In this document: positions 35,853-46,403 of the stretch, piece by piece
Layout: every line of letters starts with the position of its first letter
Numbering within the stretch: the first letter of the stretch is position 1
DNA from: a virus
IMG/VR virus record: IMGVR_UViG_3300035698_011365
Location: 1 to 64,000 of that record
Reading direction: 5' to 3' (one strand)
Length of the DNA: 64,000 bases
Notes under the pieces: generated by a model
Database searches by the model: none
Seen by the model: only the letters and a program-made list of their open reading frames with translations
What the model was told of the DNA's origin: nothing
Program-made: the position numbers and the translations under genes

Positions 35853-37364
35853 ATGGTGCAAATTTATAACGATCCCGCAGGTGGATCAGCCTCTACGATT
35901 GGTACTCAGTTCCGTACTGACTACTACAAAAAGAAAGCCCTCATTGAAGCACGTAAAGAAACGTACTTCGGTCAACTAGCTGATGTGACTAACATGCCTA
36001 AGAACATGGGTAAAACCATTAAGTGTTATCACTATCTTCCTTTGCTCGATGATGCCAACATCAACGATCAGGGTCTAGATGCTGCTGGTGCAGCGGTCAC
36101 ACAATCAGTAACTATTGTTGTTACCCGCGCTGATGGCGGTATTCCTAACATCCCTAATAACGGCCGTTCAGTAGGTAATGCTGTTCACTTCGTTGGTGAT
36201 GGTGCAAATGCTGCCGCTGCTGAAGATGCAGCTGTTAATCTATTTATGGATTGGGCTACTTCTGATGTTCTTGGTGGCGGTCTTGCTGCTAGTGAAGCAA
36301 ACTCAGATGGTGGCTTTGCTACTGCTGTTCAATCAGGTGGTACAGTCTATGATGCAGGATACCGTGCTTCACAACCTAATGGCACATTGATTACTGTTGC
36401 TGCTTCTGCTCTAGAAGCTCAGTCAGTACCTCAAACTGGTAATCTTTATGGTTCAAGTAAAGACATCGGTGCTATCGCTGCTAAACTTCCAGTTCTTTCA
36501 GAAACTGGTGGTCGTGTTAACCGTGTAGGCTTTAAACGCCGTGAGATTGAAGGAACTATTGCTAAGTTTGGTTTCTTTGATGAATACACACAGGAAAGCA
36601 TGGACTTTGATACAGACTCCGAATTGCAAATGCACATTAATCGTGAAATGGTAAGCGGTGCTAACCAGATGACCGAAGCTGCACTTCAAATCGATCTACT
36701 TAACGGTGCCGGTGTTGTACGTTTTGGTGGTTCAGCCACTTCAACAGCAACTGTTACTGGTGTGTCAGGCCCATCGATCATTACTTATAATGATCTTCTA
36801 CGTATGAATATCGATCTCGATAACAACCGTACTCCTAAGAATACTAAGATTATATCTGGTACTCGTATGGTAGATACTCGCGTTGTTAATGCTGCTCGTT
36901 ATATGTATGTAGGTGCTGAATTGACACCATCTCTTAAAGCTCTAGCTGACACATTCAGTAATCAAGCATTCATCTCTGTTGAGAAGTATGCTAATGCTGG
37001 TATGGTAGCTGTTGGTGAGATTGGTTCAATTGATCAGTTCCGTGTCATCGTAGTTCCTGAAATGCTCCATTGGGCAGGTGCAGGTGCTGCAGAAGGTACT
37101 AACACAGGTTATCGCACAACTGGCGGCAACTACGACGTATATCCAATGCTTATTGTTGGTTCAGAATCCTTTACTACTATTGGTTTCCAAACTGACGGTA
37201 AGACCGTTAAGTTCAGTATTAAACATGCTAAACCGGGTTCTACCGAATCATTTGCGAATGATCCATACGGTGAGACTGGCTTCATGTCTATTAAGTGGTA
37301 CTACGGATCAATGATCCTACGTCCAGAACGTATCGGTCTATTTAAAGTGGCTTGCCCTTGGTAA
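35853..37364 (+). CDS. Major capsid protein (N4 gp56-like) with insertion
   Basis: [54 protein letters not shown]. Confidence 0.96.
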   Translation: MVQIYNDPAGGSASTIGTQFRTDYYKKKALIEARKETYFGQLADVTNMPKNMGKTIKCYHYLPLLDDANINDQGLDAAGAAVTQSVTIVVTRADGGIPNIPNNGRSVGNAVHFVGDGANAAAAEDAAVNLFMDWATSDVLGGGLAASEANSDGGFATAVQSGGTVYDAGYRASQPNGTLITVAASALEAQSVPQTGNLYGSSKDIGAIAAKLPVLSETGGRVNRVGFKRREIEGTIAKFGFFDEYTQESMDFDTDSELQMHINREMVSGANQMTEAALQIDLLNGAGVVRFGGSATSTATVTGVSGPSIITYNDLLRMNIDLDNNRTPKNTKIISGTRMVDTRVVNAARYMYVGAELTPSLKALADTFSNQAFISVEKYANAGMVAVGEIGSIDQFRVIVVPEMLHWAGAGAAEGTNTGYRTTGGNYDVYPMLIVGSESFTTIGFQTDGKTVKFSIKHAKPGSTESFANDPYGETGFMSIKWYYGSMILRPERIGLFKVACPW

Positions 37365-37385
37365 GCGCTTATAGCTAACTAAATT

Positions 37386-37416
37386 AGGAGAGGGCTGAAT
37401 AAGCTCTCTCCTTCTT
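37386..37416 (+). terminator. Terminator after the capsid gene
   Basis: AGGAGAGGGCT-GAATA-AGCTCTCTCCT stem followed by a T-rich run. Confidence 0.65.
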
Positions 37417-37447
37417 ACCTTTCAATTAAATAAAGAGAATAACTCCA

Positions 37448-38020
37448 ATGACAGACCAAAACGCAGAAACAACTGTACCTGCTCCTAGCGAATTAGAAGT
37501 ACTTAAAGCTAGGGCAGTTACTCTCGGAATATCCCATCACCCAATGATAGGCGTAGACAAGCTTAGAGAAAAGATTAATAGTCAGATCTCTGAAACACTT
37601 CCAGAACCGGAAGTAGTAGCTGTCAAAGTCAACCCAAAAGAAGAAACAGAACTGGAACGAATTAATAGGCTCCGTCGTGAGTCTAATAAGTTGGTTCGTG
37701 TTGTTGTTACTTGCAGGAATCCTCAAAAAAGTGAGTGGGAAGGTGAAATCTTTACAGCAGGTAATAATGTTATCGGCAGTGTTAAGAAATATGTCCCATT
37801 CAATAATACAGAAGGCTGGCATGTACCTCAGATCATTCTAGATATGATGTATGACCGTAAGTGCCAACTCTTTGTTAATGGTAAAAATTCCAAAGGGCAC
37901 GATATCAAAGTGGCTAAACATATCCCTGAGTTCTCAATAGAAGTATTGCGATCTCTTACAGTAAATGAACTGGATGATCTAGCTAAGAGACAGGCTATGT
38001 CTCATTCTATAGATAAATAA
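37448..38020 (+). CDS. N4 gp55-like protein
   Basis: ELEVLKARA..LGI, LVRV.VTC.NP.K.EWEGEI, GWHVP. Confidence 0.88.
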   Translation: MTDQNAETTVPAPSELEVLKARAVTLGISHHPMIGVDKLREKINSQISETLPEPEVVAVKVNPKEETELERINRLRRESNKLVRVVVTCRNPQKSEWEGEIFTAGNNVIGSVKKYVPFNNTEGWHVPQIILDMMYDRKCQLFVNGKNSKGHDIKVAKHIPEFSIEVLRSLTVNELDDLAKRQAMSHSIDK

Positions 38021-38041
38021 TAATAATAAGGTATAATCACT

Positions 38042-40375
38042 ATGACCACTATTGCATTAACAGACCTGACTACTAAAGACCTCGAAGGTACTGGTATCTT
38101 CGATGAATTAATGTACTCAGTAGATCTCCACATCCACAGAGAGTTTAAAGCAAATAGAATTACAGGTAGTGATTATGCTAAAGCTTATGAGGGTGCAGTG
38201 GGTGTTGTGTTACAGCAATCCATTGCATTCCTTATGGGGAAAGATACAGCTGCTGCACAGACAGACCTATTAGTAGCTCAGACAGCTACTGAGGCTTTAC
38301 AAGCTTCTCTGGTAACTGCACAGGTTTCCAAGATGGGTAAAGAAGAGACTCTCATTGATGGACAGATTACAAAACTTGAAGCAGATGAAGAGTTAGTGGA
38401 TCAAACCAAAGCTAACGCCATACTCGAAGGTGTTAACATTCCTATTGAAGGAGCCAACCTTACTAAAGAAGGTTTGAAGACTCTGGAAGAAACATTACTT
38501 GTTACAGCTCAGAAAACCAAACTTGCTGGTGCCGATACAGCCTTGGCAGTGACCCAAGAACTTAAACTAGATGCTGACATCGCTCTAACAGGGGCACAGC
38601 AGACGAAACTAGCCGGAGCTGATACAAACGACGTTGTAGCCGCAACAGCGCTTAAAACAGCTCAGACAGCTAATACGACTGCAGAGACTACTAAGATTGA
38701 TGAAGAGACTGATTTGATTACTGCTCAAACCGGTAAGACAGATGCAGAAGCATCAGTGTCTACACAACAGGCTCTTAAGATTGTTAAAGATACTCTTCTT
38801 GTTGAAGCTCAAACATCTAAAGTAGCTGATGAAGAATTGTTAGTGGTTCAACAAATTCAGAATGCATTAGCAGAAGAGTCCAAAATAGATAACGAATCTG
38901 CTACTGAATTAGTTAAAGCTCTTAATATTGGTGCTGAAACTACTAAGCTTGCCGGTGTAGATACAGTTAATATGACGGCTCAAACAGCTAGACTAACAGC
39001 AGATACTGCGAAACTTGGTCAAGATGTTCTTGAAAGCCAAGCTCAGGTAACTAAACTATCTGGTGTTGATACTGCTCTGGTTACAGCCCAAACAGCTAAA
39101 ATAGGTAAAGATGAGGATCTAATAGATCAAGAGATACTTGTTAAGCAACAGGATGTGTTGGTAGCACAACAAGAAGTGCTGAACATGGCTCAAGAGGTAT
39201 TACTATCAACAGCTAAAGTTTCTAAGATGACAGAGGACACTGCACTTGTAGTAGCTCAAACAACTCAGTCAACTGCGACATCTGCAAACATTGCTGCAGA
39301 GACCCTTAAAACAACTGAAGAAAAAGATCTTCTTGTTCTTGAGCAGACTAAATTAGCAGGCCCAGATACTAACTTAGTTAACGCACAGGTATCAAAATTA
39401 GGTAAAGACGAAGATCTAGTTGATGCATCAATTACCAAGATGGCTGATGAAGAGTTACTTGTGGTTCAAAAGATCGCAGAGAGTGTTGCCCAGACTGCAG
39501 CTATTTCTGCTGAAGCAGGCAAGATCGCTGAAGAAGAAGCCCTTCTTACAGCACAAACTGCTAATGTATCTGCTAAGACAACTACAGAAGCGTCTACTAA
39601 ACTAAACATAGAAGCAGATACTTCACTTAAAGGAGCTCAACAAACTAAATTAGCAGGAGCAGAGACCAGCTTAATTACTGCTCAGATTAGTAAATTAAAT
39701 GATGAAGAGCTTCTAACAGTACAACAAACAGCTAAGACCTTAGCTGAAGTTGGATTGATCAGTAAAACTGAAGACAAGATGGATCAAGAGATCCTCAATA
39801 TGGTTCAGGAAGTGGCACTCTCCACAGCTAAAGTTGTGAAGATGGGTCATGAGGGAACTGTAATGTTAGCACAGTCTCTTAAAGTACCTGCTGAGACTGC
39901 ACTGCTTGAAGCACAAGAGCTCAGAACAGATGCTGAGACTCTGTTGATTGGTGAACAGACTGATAAGACAACTGCAGAAGAGCTCTTACTAGTACAAGAG
40001 AAAACCAATGCAATTACTCAGAACACGTTGATTACAAACCAATCAACTAAAGCTCTTTCTGAAGTGGCTCTACTTAATCAGAAAAAAGTATCTGAGGCAG
40101 CTCAAACAGTTGATACCACCACTTCAGGAGCTACTGCTCAAGTTGGTGCGGTTGCCGGTGTGATTGGTAAGCAAAAAGGACTGTACACTGCACAGACAGA
40201 CGGTTTCGCTAGGGATGCTGAACAGAAGCTCTCTAAGATTATGGCAGACATGTGGGCAGTGGGTGCATCCATTGAAGGTACAGGCTTTGCTTGGCCGGAT
40301 GCTTATAACCCTGCAACTACTTCAGGTAATGTTGTTGATGTTCTTAATAAAGCCAAAACAGGAATTGGCGCATAG
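38042..40375 (+). CDS. Tail tube (N4 gp54-like), greatly extended
   Basis: Conserved ends (GTGIFDELM, NRITG.DYA.AY; GVIGKQK.LY.AQ.DGF.RDAE.K) around ~610 aa of 14-residue repeats. Confidence 0.88.
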   Translation: MTTIALTDLTTKDLEGTGIFDELMYSVDLHIHREFKANRITGSDYAKAYEGAVGVVLQQSIAFLMGKDTAAAQTDLLVAQTATEALQASLVTAQVSKMGKEETLIDGQITKLEADEELVDQTKANAILEGVNIPIEGANLTKEGLKTLEETLLVTAQKTKLAGADTALAVTQELKLDADIALTGAQQTKLAGADTNDVVAATALKTAQTANTTAETTKIDEETDLITAQTGKTDAEASVSTQQALKIVKDTLLVEAQTSKVADEELLVVQQIQNALAEESKIDNESATELVKALNIGAETTKLAGVDTVNMTAQTARLTADTAKLGQDVLESQAQVTKLSGVDTALVTAQTAKIGKDEDLIDQEILVKQQDVLVAQQEVLNMAQEVLLSTAKVSKMTEDTALVVAQTTQSTATSANIAAETLKTTEEKDLLVLEQTKLAGPDTNLVNAQVSKLGKDEDLVDASITKMADEELLVVQKIAESVAQTAAISAEAGKIAEEEALLTAQTANVSAKTTTEASTKLNIEADTSLKGAQQTKLAGAETSLITAQISKLNDEELLTVQQTAKTLAEVGLISKTEDKMDQEILNMVQEVALSTAKVVKMGHEGTVMLAQSLKVPAETALLEAQELRTDAETLLIGEQTDKTTAEELLLVQEKTNAITQNTLITNQSTKALSEVALLNQKKVSEAAQTVDTTTSGATAQVGAVAGVIGKQKGLYTAQTDGFARDAEQKLSKIMADMWAVGASIEGTGFAWPDAYNPATTSGNVVDVLNKAKTGIGA

Positions 40376-40383
40376 GATAATTC

Positions 40384-42639
40384 ATGGTTCAGGTAATTGG
40401 AGTCTCAGTATCTGCACAGCCCTTGTTACAAGATACAGGGACTACCAGAAACATACTGGCTGAATATGTAATTAGTGCTGTTCGTACCGGTGGCTCTATT
40501 CCTGCAGCTGTTGTACAAGCCTCCAAAGTATCTTTCGATAATGATCTCGATGCTTTCTATGATTATGGGGAGGTCAATACTATCATTGGATTACCTATAT
40601 CTTTTAACTTTTCTGCAAGTGATGCTTTTGCAAACAGTAAAAGAACAGACGTAATTCAGCAAATAGCTGCAGACGAGGGAACCTCTACAGGCAACATAAT
40701 AATAAAAACGATTGATATTAAGTATGTAGATCAGACTATGTTATTTTTAGGGATAGTCTCTGAAGCAGGTCAGTGGAATTACAATACAAACTCTTTTCAA
40801 ATAGACGGAGGGTATTACCCAGTACCTAGAGCTTTTTGGAGAGGTACATTAGGCTCCGGAGGATTAGGAGGAATATATTATAATAGTGAAGACTCTTTTG
40901 GAGGTATAGAACCCTATATCTTTCACTATATTACTACTGATTATAAAAGCCCTAATACAGTGTTCTACCATATTAGGTATAGATTTAGGAGCGATGGTAA
41001 TAATACCACTAGATACTGGAACTATGAAAACGAATCCTTATCAGGAGGTAACTATGATGATCTAAATATAGATGCTTCTCTCGTTATAGGCGGAAGATAT
41101 TTTCCTGTGGTTCCAATAAGAGTAAACAAAGTATGGTCTGATGCCAGCGCCTACTTAAAAAATAACATAGCAGATATTAATAATATCCTTGCTTTCATTG
41201 GATTAGAGTATGAAAACCTAAAGACTGCAGTATCAGAAATAGACAGTGATGATCTAGCCAATGTAGATGATGTCGTTGTTATGCTTGCTTTGGATCTATA
41301 CTCAACTAATGATCATTCATTAGGGTACTTGTTTGAGCAGTTCAAAAGATATCATTATACTATTGATGGCGCCACTGAAGCTGAATGGTGGGCATGGAAG
41401 AATGAAACAGGTATCTGGGCTGCAGCAGGTGGTTGGGAATATACGGATAGACCTCGTAATGTAATTGATGTGAGATCTGCAGTTATAAAAATGAGGCTGG
41501 AATACCAGTATTCCACTGTTAGATCTATTACAGGAAATATTAATAGCTACGCTATACCTACTTTTGCAAACCACAGTTTACCGAATCAACCGGGAGGTAT
41601 TGAAAATCTGGCTGTACCGGTGATAGGGGAAGTAGTTCGTAAGATTAGATATGGTACAGAGATTATAGCAGGAGTGCAGAGTGGGCCCTACAGAACAGAC
41701 GTATTAGTCTACAGAATGCCCACATCAGGTAGCACATTCATTGAAGTAGCCATATTTGGGCCTAAAGCTATCTTTGATGTGCAAAGAGAAGGTTGGGGTA
41801 CCGATGGCCAGTTCTATAGGAAGATGGTCACAGGAGGCCCTGAAGAGGAGAGCTGGACTGATGGAGGTATGCTTGTTCCTATTTCACAGGATATATGTAA
41901 ACTTTTTAATAGTACTGATGAGTCAGCCCTATACAGAGAATCAGTAAGACTTGTTGTAACAGCTTATGAGATTGTTGATCTTGGTTTCTTTGCTAGTAAT
42001 ATATTTGCCTTTATATCTTTTGTTATATCTGTAGTATTTGTATTTATACCGGGAATTCAACAACTTGGATTAGCGTTAAGAGCTGCAGCTTTAGCCGGTA
42101 CATCTGCCTTCCTTGCTTTAAGTACTTATGCATTAACAGTAGTACTTAAGACAATTATAACCAGTGTTGTGATAGCAGGACTTGTTGAAATTATAAACAT
42201 TCTGGGAATAGATGCTGGATTAGTCTTAGCAGCTATGGCTCTTGTAGCTACTGTGGTTATGCAAGGTACGGGAGCTAATCTGGGTATGATGAATGCAGGT
42301 GATATGTTTGCATTAGCTGATTCACTAAATAAAGCCAATCAACAAGTAATTGCTAATAAAACCGGTGAACTCTATGAAGAGATAGAAGAATGGAATGATT
42401 ATGTTAGAACTGAGGAAGAAAGCTTTAGAGATGCTGCTGAAGCCCTTGATACAGGCAGCGTTAACTACAATCTTTATGATCTTATCACCCCACAAAGAAC
42501 TCTAAGTGTTGTAGAAGATCCCAGTTCTTTTTATAATAGGACTATACATAACACCAATCCGGGAGTATTATCTCTGGAAGTGGTGTCAATATATCATACC
42601 GATGCTCTGATATTACCAAAGCCAGAGAACGATTTTTAA
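40384..42639 (+). CDS. N4 gp53-like tail/structural protein
   Basis: YFPVVPIR, C-terminal hydrophobic helices, EDPSSFYNRT.H; synteny. Confidence 0.82.
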   Translation: MVQVIGVSVSAQPLLQDTGTTRNILAEYVISAVRTGGSIPAAVVQASKVSFDNDLDAFYDYGEVNTIIGLPISFNFSASDAFANSKRTDVIQQIAADEGTSTGNIIIKTIDIKYVDQTMLFLGIVSEAGQWNYNTNSFQIDGGYYPVPRAFWRGTLGSGGLGGIYYNSEDSFGGIEPYIFHYITTDYKSPNTVFYHIRYRFRSDGNNTTRYWNYENESLSGGNYDDLNIDASLVIGGRYFPVVPIRVNKVWSDASAYLKNNIADINNILAFIGLEYENLKTAVSEIDSDDLANVDDVVVMLALDLYSTNDHSLGYLFEQFKRYHYTIDGATEAEWWAWKNETGIWAAAGGWEYTDRPRNVIDVRSAVIKMRLEYQYSTVRSITGNINSYAIPTFANHSLPNQPGGIENLAVPVIGEVVRKIRYGTEIIAGVQSGPYRTDVLVYRMPTSGSTFIEVAIFGPKAIFDVQREGWGTDGQFYRKMVTGGPEEESWTDGGMLVPISQDICKLFNSTDESALYRESVRLVVTAYEIVDLGFFASNIFAFISFVISVVFVFIPGIQQLGLALRAAALAGTSAFLALSTYALTVVLKTIITSVVIAGLVEIINILGIDAGLVLAAMALVATVVMQGTGANLGMMNAGDMFALADSLNKANQQVIANKTGELYEEIEEWNDYVRTEEESFRDAAEALDTGSVNYNLYDLITPQRTLSVVEDPSSFYNRTIHNTNPGVLSLEVVSIYHTDALILPKPENDF

Positions 42640-42657
42640 TAGGAGACTATAGAAGCC

Positions 42658-43386
42658 ATGAAGAATTACATCCCACCATCTCAGAGCACCTCAACAGGCT
42701 TTCAGCCTATGGACTTTAACTTTAGTCCCAATAAGATGAGCTTTGGAGCTAATAAAAATATTTTTGATTCTAGTAAGTTTCTAGAGGATTTTAGAAGTTC
42801 AAGTGCTAGTGCGGGTTTTGGACTCACAGATGCAGTCAATGGTGGAATTGGCGGTGGAACAGCACTTAAGAACTTAAGTAGTATGTACACAGGTAATAGT
42901 GTTAACTCAGCTGTACAGCCGGGAGCTGGGGGCTTCTCACTTAATCCAAGTAGATCAGATGTTTTTAATCCTTCAGGTAGTCAAATCAGTAGTATGATTA
43001 GACCACCACAAACAGGAGGAGGTAAAGGTTTATTTGGTAGTTTAGCTGATGGCTTCAAAACAGATGGTAAATTAGACTTTGGTAAAATAAACGCATTTGG
43101 TCAATTGGCTATAGGAGGTTTTGGGGCGTATCTTTCTGCTAAACAGCTTGGATTGATGAAGAAACAGTTTGAATTCCAGAAGAGCTTTGACAAAACAAAC
43201 CTTCAGAACTCTGCTCTTGCCTCTAACGTCAATAAAGCAGACAAACAGACAGGACAACTGAACAGAGACTATGCCGGAGGCATTACCAAAAAGTATAGTA
43301 ATGGTTTCGATGGTGATGCTTTTGCTGACCTAGGCCCTGCAAAAGGTAGCAGGTCTAACGAAGAGAAGATGAAAGCAAAAGGTTAA
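42658..43386 (+). CDS. Ejection protein (N4 gp52-like)
   Basis: Gly/Ser-rich, GAYLSAKQLGL.KKQFEFQK motif, no Cys seen. Confidence 0.8.
   Translation: MKNYIPPSQSTSTGFQPMDFNFSPNKMSFGANKNIFDSSKFLEDFRSSSASAGFGLTDAVNGGIGGGTALKNLSSMYTGNSVNSAVQPGAGGFSLNPSRSDVFNPSGSQISSMIRPPQTGGGKGLFGSLADGFKTDGKLDFGKINAFGQLAIGGFGAYLSAKQLGLMKKQFEFQKSFDKTNLQNSALASNVNKADKQTGQLNRDYAGGITKKYSNGFDGDAFADLGPAKGSRSNEEKMKAKG
43271..43283 (-). promoter_or_regulatory. Class II hairpin ATGCC-GGA-GGCAT inside a late gene
   Basis: 13-mer identical to those at 3136 and 9668. Confidence 0.4.
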
Positions 43387-43404
43387 TCCAAGGAGATAAC
43401 GCAC

Positions 43405-46386
43405 ATGGCTTATCAACCACTAACATATAGAACAGTAGGGCTCTCAAACTATGGCGGTATCGCTGATGGTATGAGTGATGCCATTAAAGGCTTTAAATCA
43501 AGTGCTACGACTATTACTGATCAACTTGGGGAGATGGAAGCAAACCAAGAGGCAGATACTCTAGCAGCCTTCCAGAACTCCCTACGTGGACGTAGTGCTG
43601 AAGAAACTGAAGCACTTATTAATGATCCAAATCAATTAGGTCAATTCAATCTTGGTTTAGCTGATCAAACAGCTGTACAGGGTGTACTAGGCAGTGCAGT
43701 TGCACAAGCACGTACACAAGATACAGCTAACTTTAATTATGCACGTACACAAGAAGACCAAAGAGATGCTCCTCTATTAGATGTGCTACGTAATTCAGTA
43801 CTTGAAGGAAGCACTGATCAAGATGAAGCAGCCTATAAAAGTTATTTAGATAGTGGTGGTACTGTTCGAGGTGCTTCTGAGATATTTGCAGGTATCAATA
43901 AAGAAAAACAAGGGAATATATTAGCTGATCATGAGAGCAGCTTTTTACAGAACAGATATGATACTGCACTGGCTGAAGGCGGTAACGCTGATGCTGCTGT
44001 TGGTAAAGCCGCTGAAAAAGATTACATAGATAAGTATGTTGAATTAAATAACGGAAGTAGAGCAGGTGCTCAAGATTCTTGGGATAGGGCTCAAGCCAAA
44101 GAAAAAGCTAAATATAAAGTTGGTGAAATTGTTCAAGGCGAGTGGGATAAACAACTCAAAACATACGCTATTGAGTATGAAGCTGAAACCGGTACACAGA
44201 AATCACAATTAGATGCTGCAAATAAATTACTAGCTCCTGATAGTGTATTATCTGATGATGAAATAGCAAAACAATTAACAGACGTGCTTGTTGCTGCAGA
44301 CGGTAAATCAGAGGACTGGGGTCTATCAATAAAAAGTTTAATCTCAGATTCTTGGACTAATAAATATGTAGAAATTGGCGGGAAAAGGATATCTATTGAA
44401 GGTGTTAGACCTGCTGACTTTATGTATGCAGCTCAAGGTGCTGCGGATAAAGGAGATGAAGCTAAATGGTATACATTATTTGTATCTGTTGATGGCGAAG
44501 TGGATGAAGAGAAATTTAAAGCTGCTTTGGTTCAAAGAGCACGAGATAGGCAAGCAAGCCCTAACGCTGTTGATAAAAAAATTGAGAATGCTGCACTACT
44601 TGAAAAGTATAACCAGAGAGTTATTGATAAAGAGGCCCATTTTAATGCCAAAAGGCTGCAACTAGAGAATGATTATAAAGCTGATACCAGAAACGGTGTC
44701 CGTGCTTTTGGTGCTACTACTCCTCAAGGGGTAGCAAATAATCTTAGAAACGGAGCTAATGGTGTTGGTGGAGATATTTCTACAGGCACTCCTAGTGGTG
44801 TATTAGAGACCCCACCAGCAGCTGTAACAGTTAATACGCCTGAAGCGACTGGAACCGTTATTGAGACTGCTCCTGCAGTAACTCCTGCAGTAACTCCTGA
44901 AATAACCGCAGTAAGAGAGCGATTGTCTGCTCTTGATCAAGCTGCTTTAGATAATCCGTACACCCCGCCTACAGAAATACCTGCAGAAATAGGTACAGGG
45001 ATAGAACAGTCAGTTAAGGATGTATCCGATCTTGCAAACACTTTAGATGAGAATTCAAGTCCAGAAGAGGTAGCAGCAGTTCGGGATCAAGGTAACAAAT
45101 TAATATCTGACTATGTTGGAGTGGTTGGTACTGATGCTATTAAAAATAGTCTGAGAAAAGACGGAAATGAAACCCTTACACGAGCAGATCTTTTGAGAAT
45201 AGCTACGGATATATTATCAGTAGAAGACAGCCCAATAAAAGATTTACGGGGAGGAAGGGCATTAGTAGAGGATAAACCAACTGTTGACTATGTTGTAAGT
45301 GAACTTTCAGAAATGGTTGGTGAAGTTGTATCTACTCAAAGAGCAGAAGCTAAATCAGCATCTGATGCTGAGAACAAAAGAAAAGCTCTTGTAGAGCAGG
45401 TCAAAAATAGTGACAGAACTGCAGGTAGAACTGAAAGAGCAGGCATTCTTTCAGAAGGCAATACTCGTATTGAACGAGAGAATACCCTTAACAGTCTCAG
45501 AGGAAGTAGAAGAAACCCGAATGGTTTAACCATAGAGCAGGAAGTTCAAAATGAGCGGAGAGCAGCTCAAGAAGCCCTTTTGACTAATGCTCAAAATCAA
45601 GGGGGAGAGCAAAGCTTTTTCTCAGGAATTTTTCCAACTTCTCGGGCTGATCAAGACGCAGCTACTTTATCTAATGCAGGATTAGGCCAATATAATCCTG
45701 AAGGCACCGCCATACCCACAGAAACAAAGAGTGCTGGTGTGCAGAGAGCAGAGGATCTTGCTAAAATGAGACAGTTGGGGGAAATTCCTCAACAGCCTGC
45801 TGATGACCTAATAAATGGGTCTTCTGGCGATACAGGCCCAATCGATAACTTAAGTGTAAAAGCCACTACTTCACGAAGAGCAAAGGAAATCACAGGAGAA
45901 GAAGGTAATTTACTGGATGGTGCTAAACCTGATCCGGGGAATGGAGCAAGTAATATTAGTGCAGGTCTTCCCTATAAGACTAAACGTATTAAAGATCATA
46001 TAGGTAAATTATTCAATAAAATAGATGCAGCATCAATTAATATAACAGGCAAGCTTACTGCTGCACAAAGCACTAAACTTACAGAGTCTGTAGTTAAACA
46101 GACAGAAGGTGAGCTTAAAGGCTATCTGAACAACTGGGGAAAGTTATCAACCTTGGTTCAAGATGTTCTTGTAGACAAGACTTATAATAAAGGTCTTACA
46201 AAATTAGATGAAAAATCTAAGAAATTTGTTGATGCTATTCGTTCAAATAATTTACCTTTAGCTCTATCAGAGATGTCTGATAAGTCTCCAAGAGATAAAA
46301 GAAATATTAAAAAAATGAAGCAAGCTATATTAGAGTCTGGTGTTGATACTGCACTGGAATCCGGTGTAAATAATATAACTGATTAA
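43405..46386 (+). CDS. Ejection protein (N4 gp51-like) with C-terminal lysozyme-like domain
   Basis: PLTYRTV start; C-terminal EEG...D.GNG..NI.AG...QDVLVD.TYN.G...A.SEM resembles a GH24 fold. Confidence 0.78.
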   Translation: MAYQPLTYRTVGLSNYGGIADGMSDAIKGFKSSATTITDQLGEMEANQEADTLAAFQNSLRGRSAEETEALINDPNQLGQFNLGLADQTAVQGVLGSAVAQARTQDTANFNYARTQEDQRDAPLLDVLRNSVLEGSTDQDEAAYKSYLDSGGTVRGASEIFAGINKEKQGNILADHESSFLQNRYDTALAEGGNADAAVGKAAEKDYIDKYVELNNGSRAGAQDSWDRAQAKEKAKYKVGEIVQGEWDKQLKTYAIEYEAETGTQKSQLDAANKLLAPDSVLSDDEIAKQLTDVLVAADGKSEDWGLSIKSLISDSWTNKYVEIGGKRISIEGVRPADFMYAAQGAADKGDEAKWYTLFVSVDGEVDEEKFKAALVQRARDRQASPNAVDKKIENAALLEKYNQRVIDKEAHFNAKRLQLENDYKADTRNGVRAFGATTPQGVANNLRNGANGVGGDISTGTPSGVLETPPAAVTVNTPEATGTVIETAPAVTPAVTPEITAVRERLSALDQAALDNPYTPPTEIPAEIGTGIEQSVKDVSDLANTLDENSSPEEVAAVRDQGNKLISDYVGVVGTDAIKNSLRKDGNETLTRADLLRIATDILSVEDSPIKDLRGGRALVEDKPTVDYVVSELSEMVGEVVSTQRAEAKSASDAENKRKALVEQVKNSDRTAGRTERAGILSEGNTRIERENTLNSLRGSRRNPNGLTIEQEVQNERRAAQEALLTNAQNQGGEQSFFSGIFPTSRADQDAATLSNAGLGQYNPEGTAIPTETKSAGVQRAEDLAKMRQLGEIPQQPADDLINGSSGDTGPIDNLSVKATTSRRAKEITGEEGNLLDGAKPDPGNGASNISAGLPYKTKRIKDHIGKLFNKIDAASINITGKLTAAQSTKLTESVVKQTEGELKGYLNNWGKLSTLVQDVLVDKTYNKGLTKLDEKSKKFVDAIRSNNLPLALSEMSDKSPRDKRNIKKMKQAILESGVDTALESGVNNITD

Positions 46387-46403
46387 AATAGGAAATACTT
46401 CTT

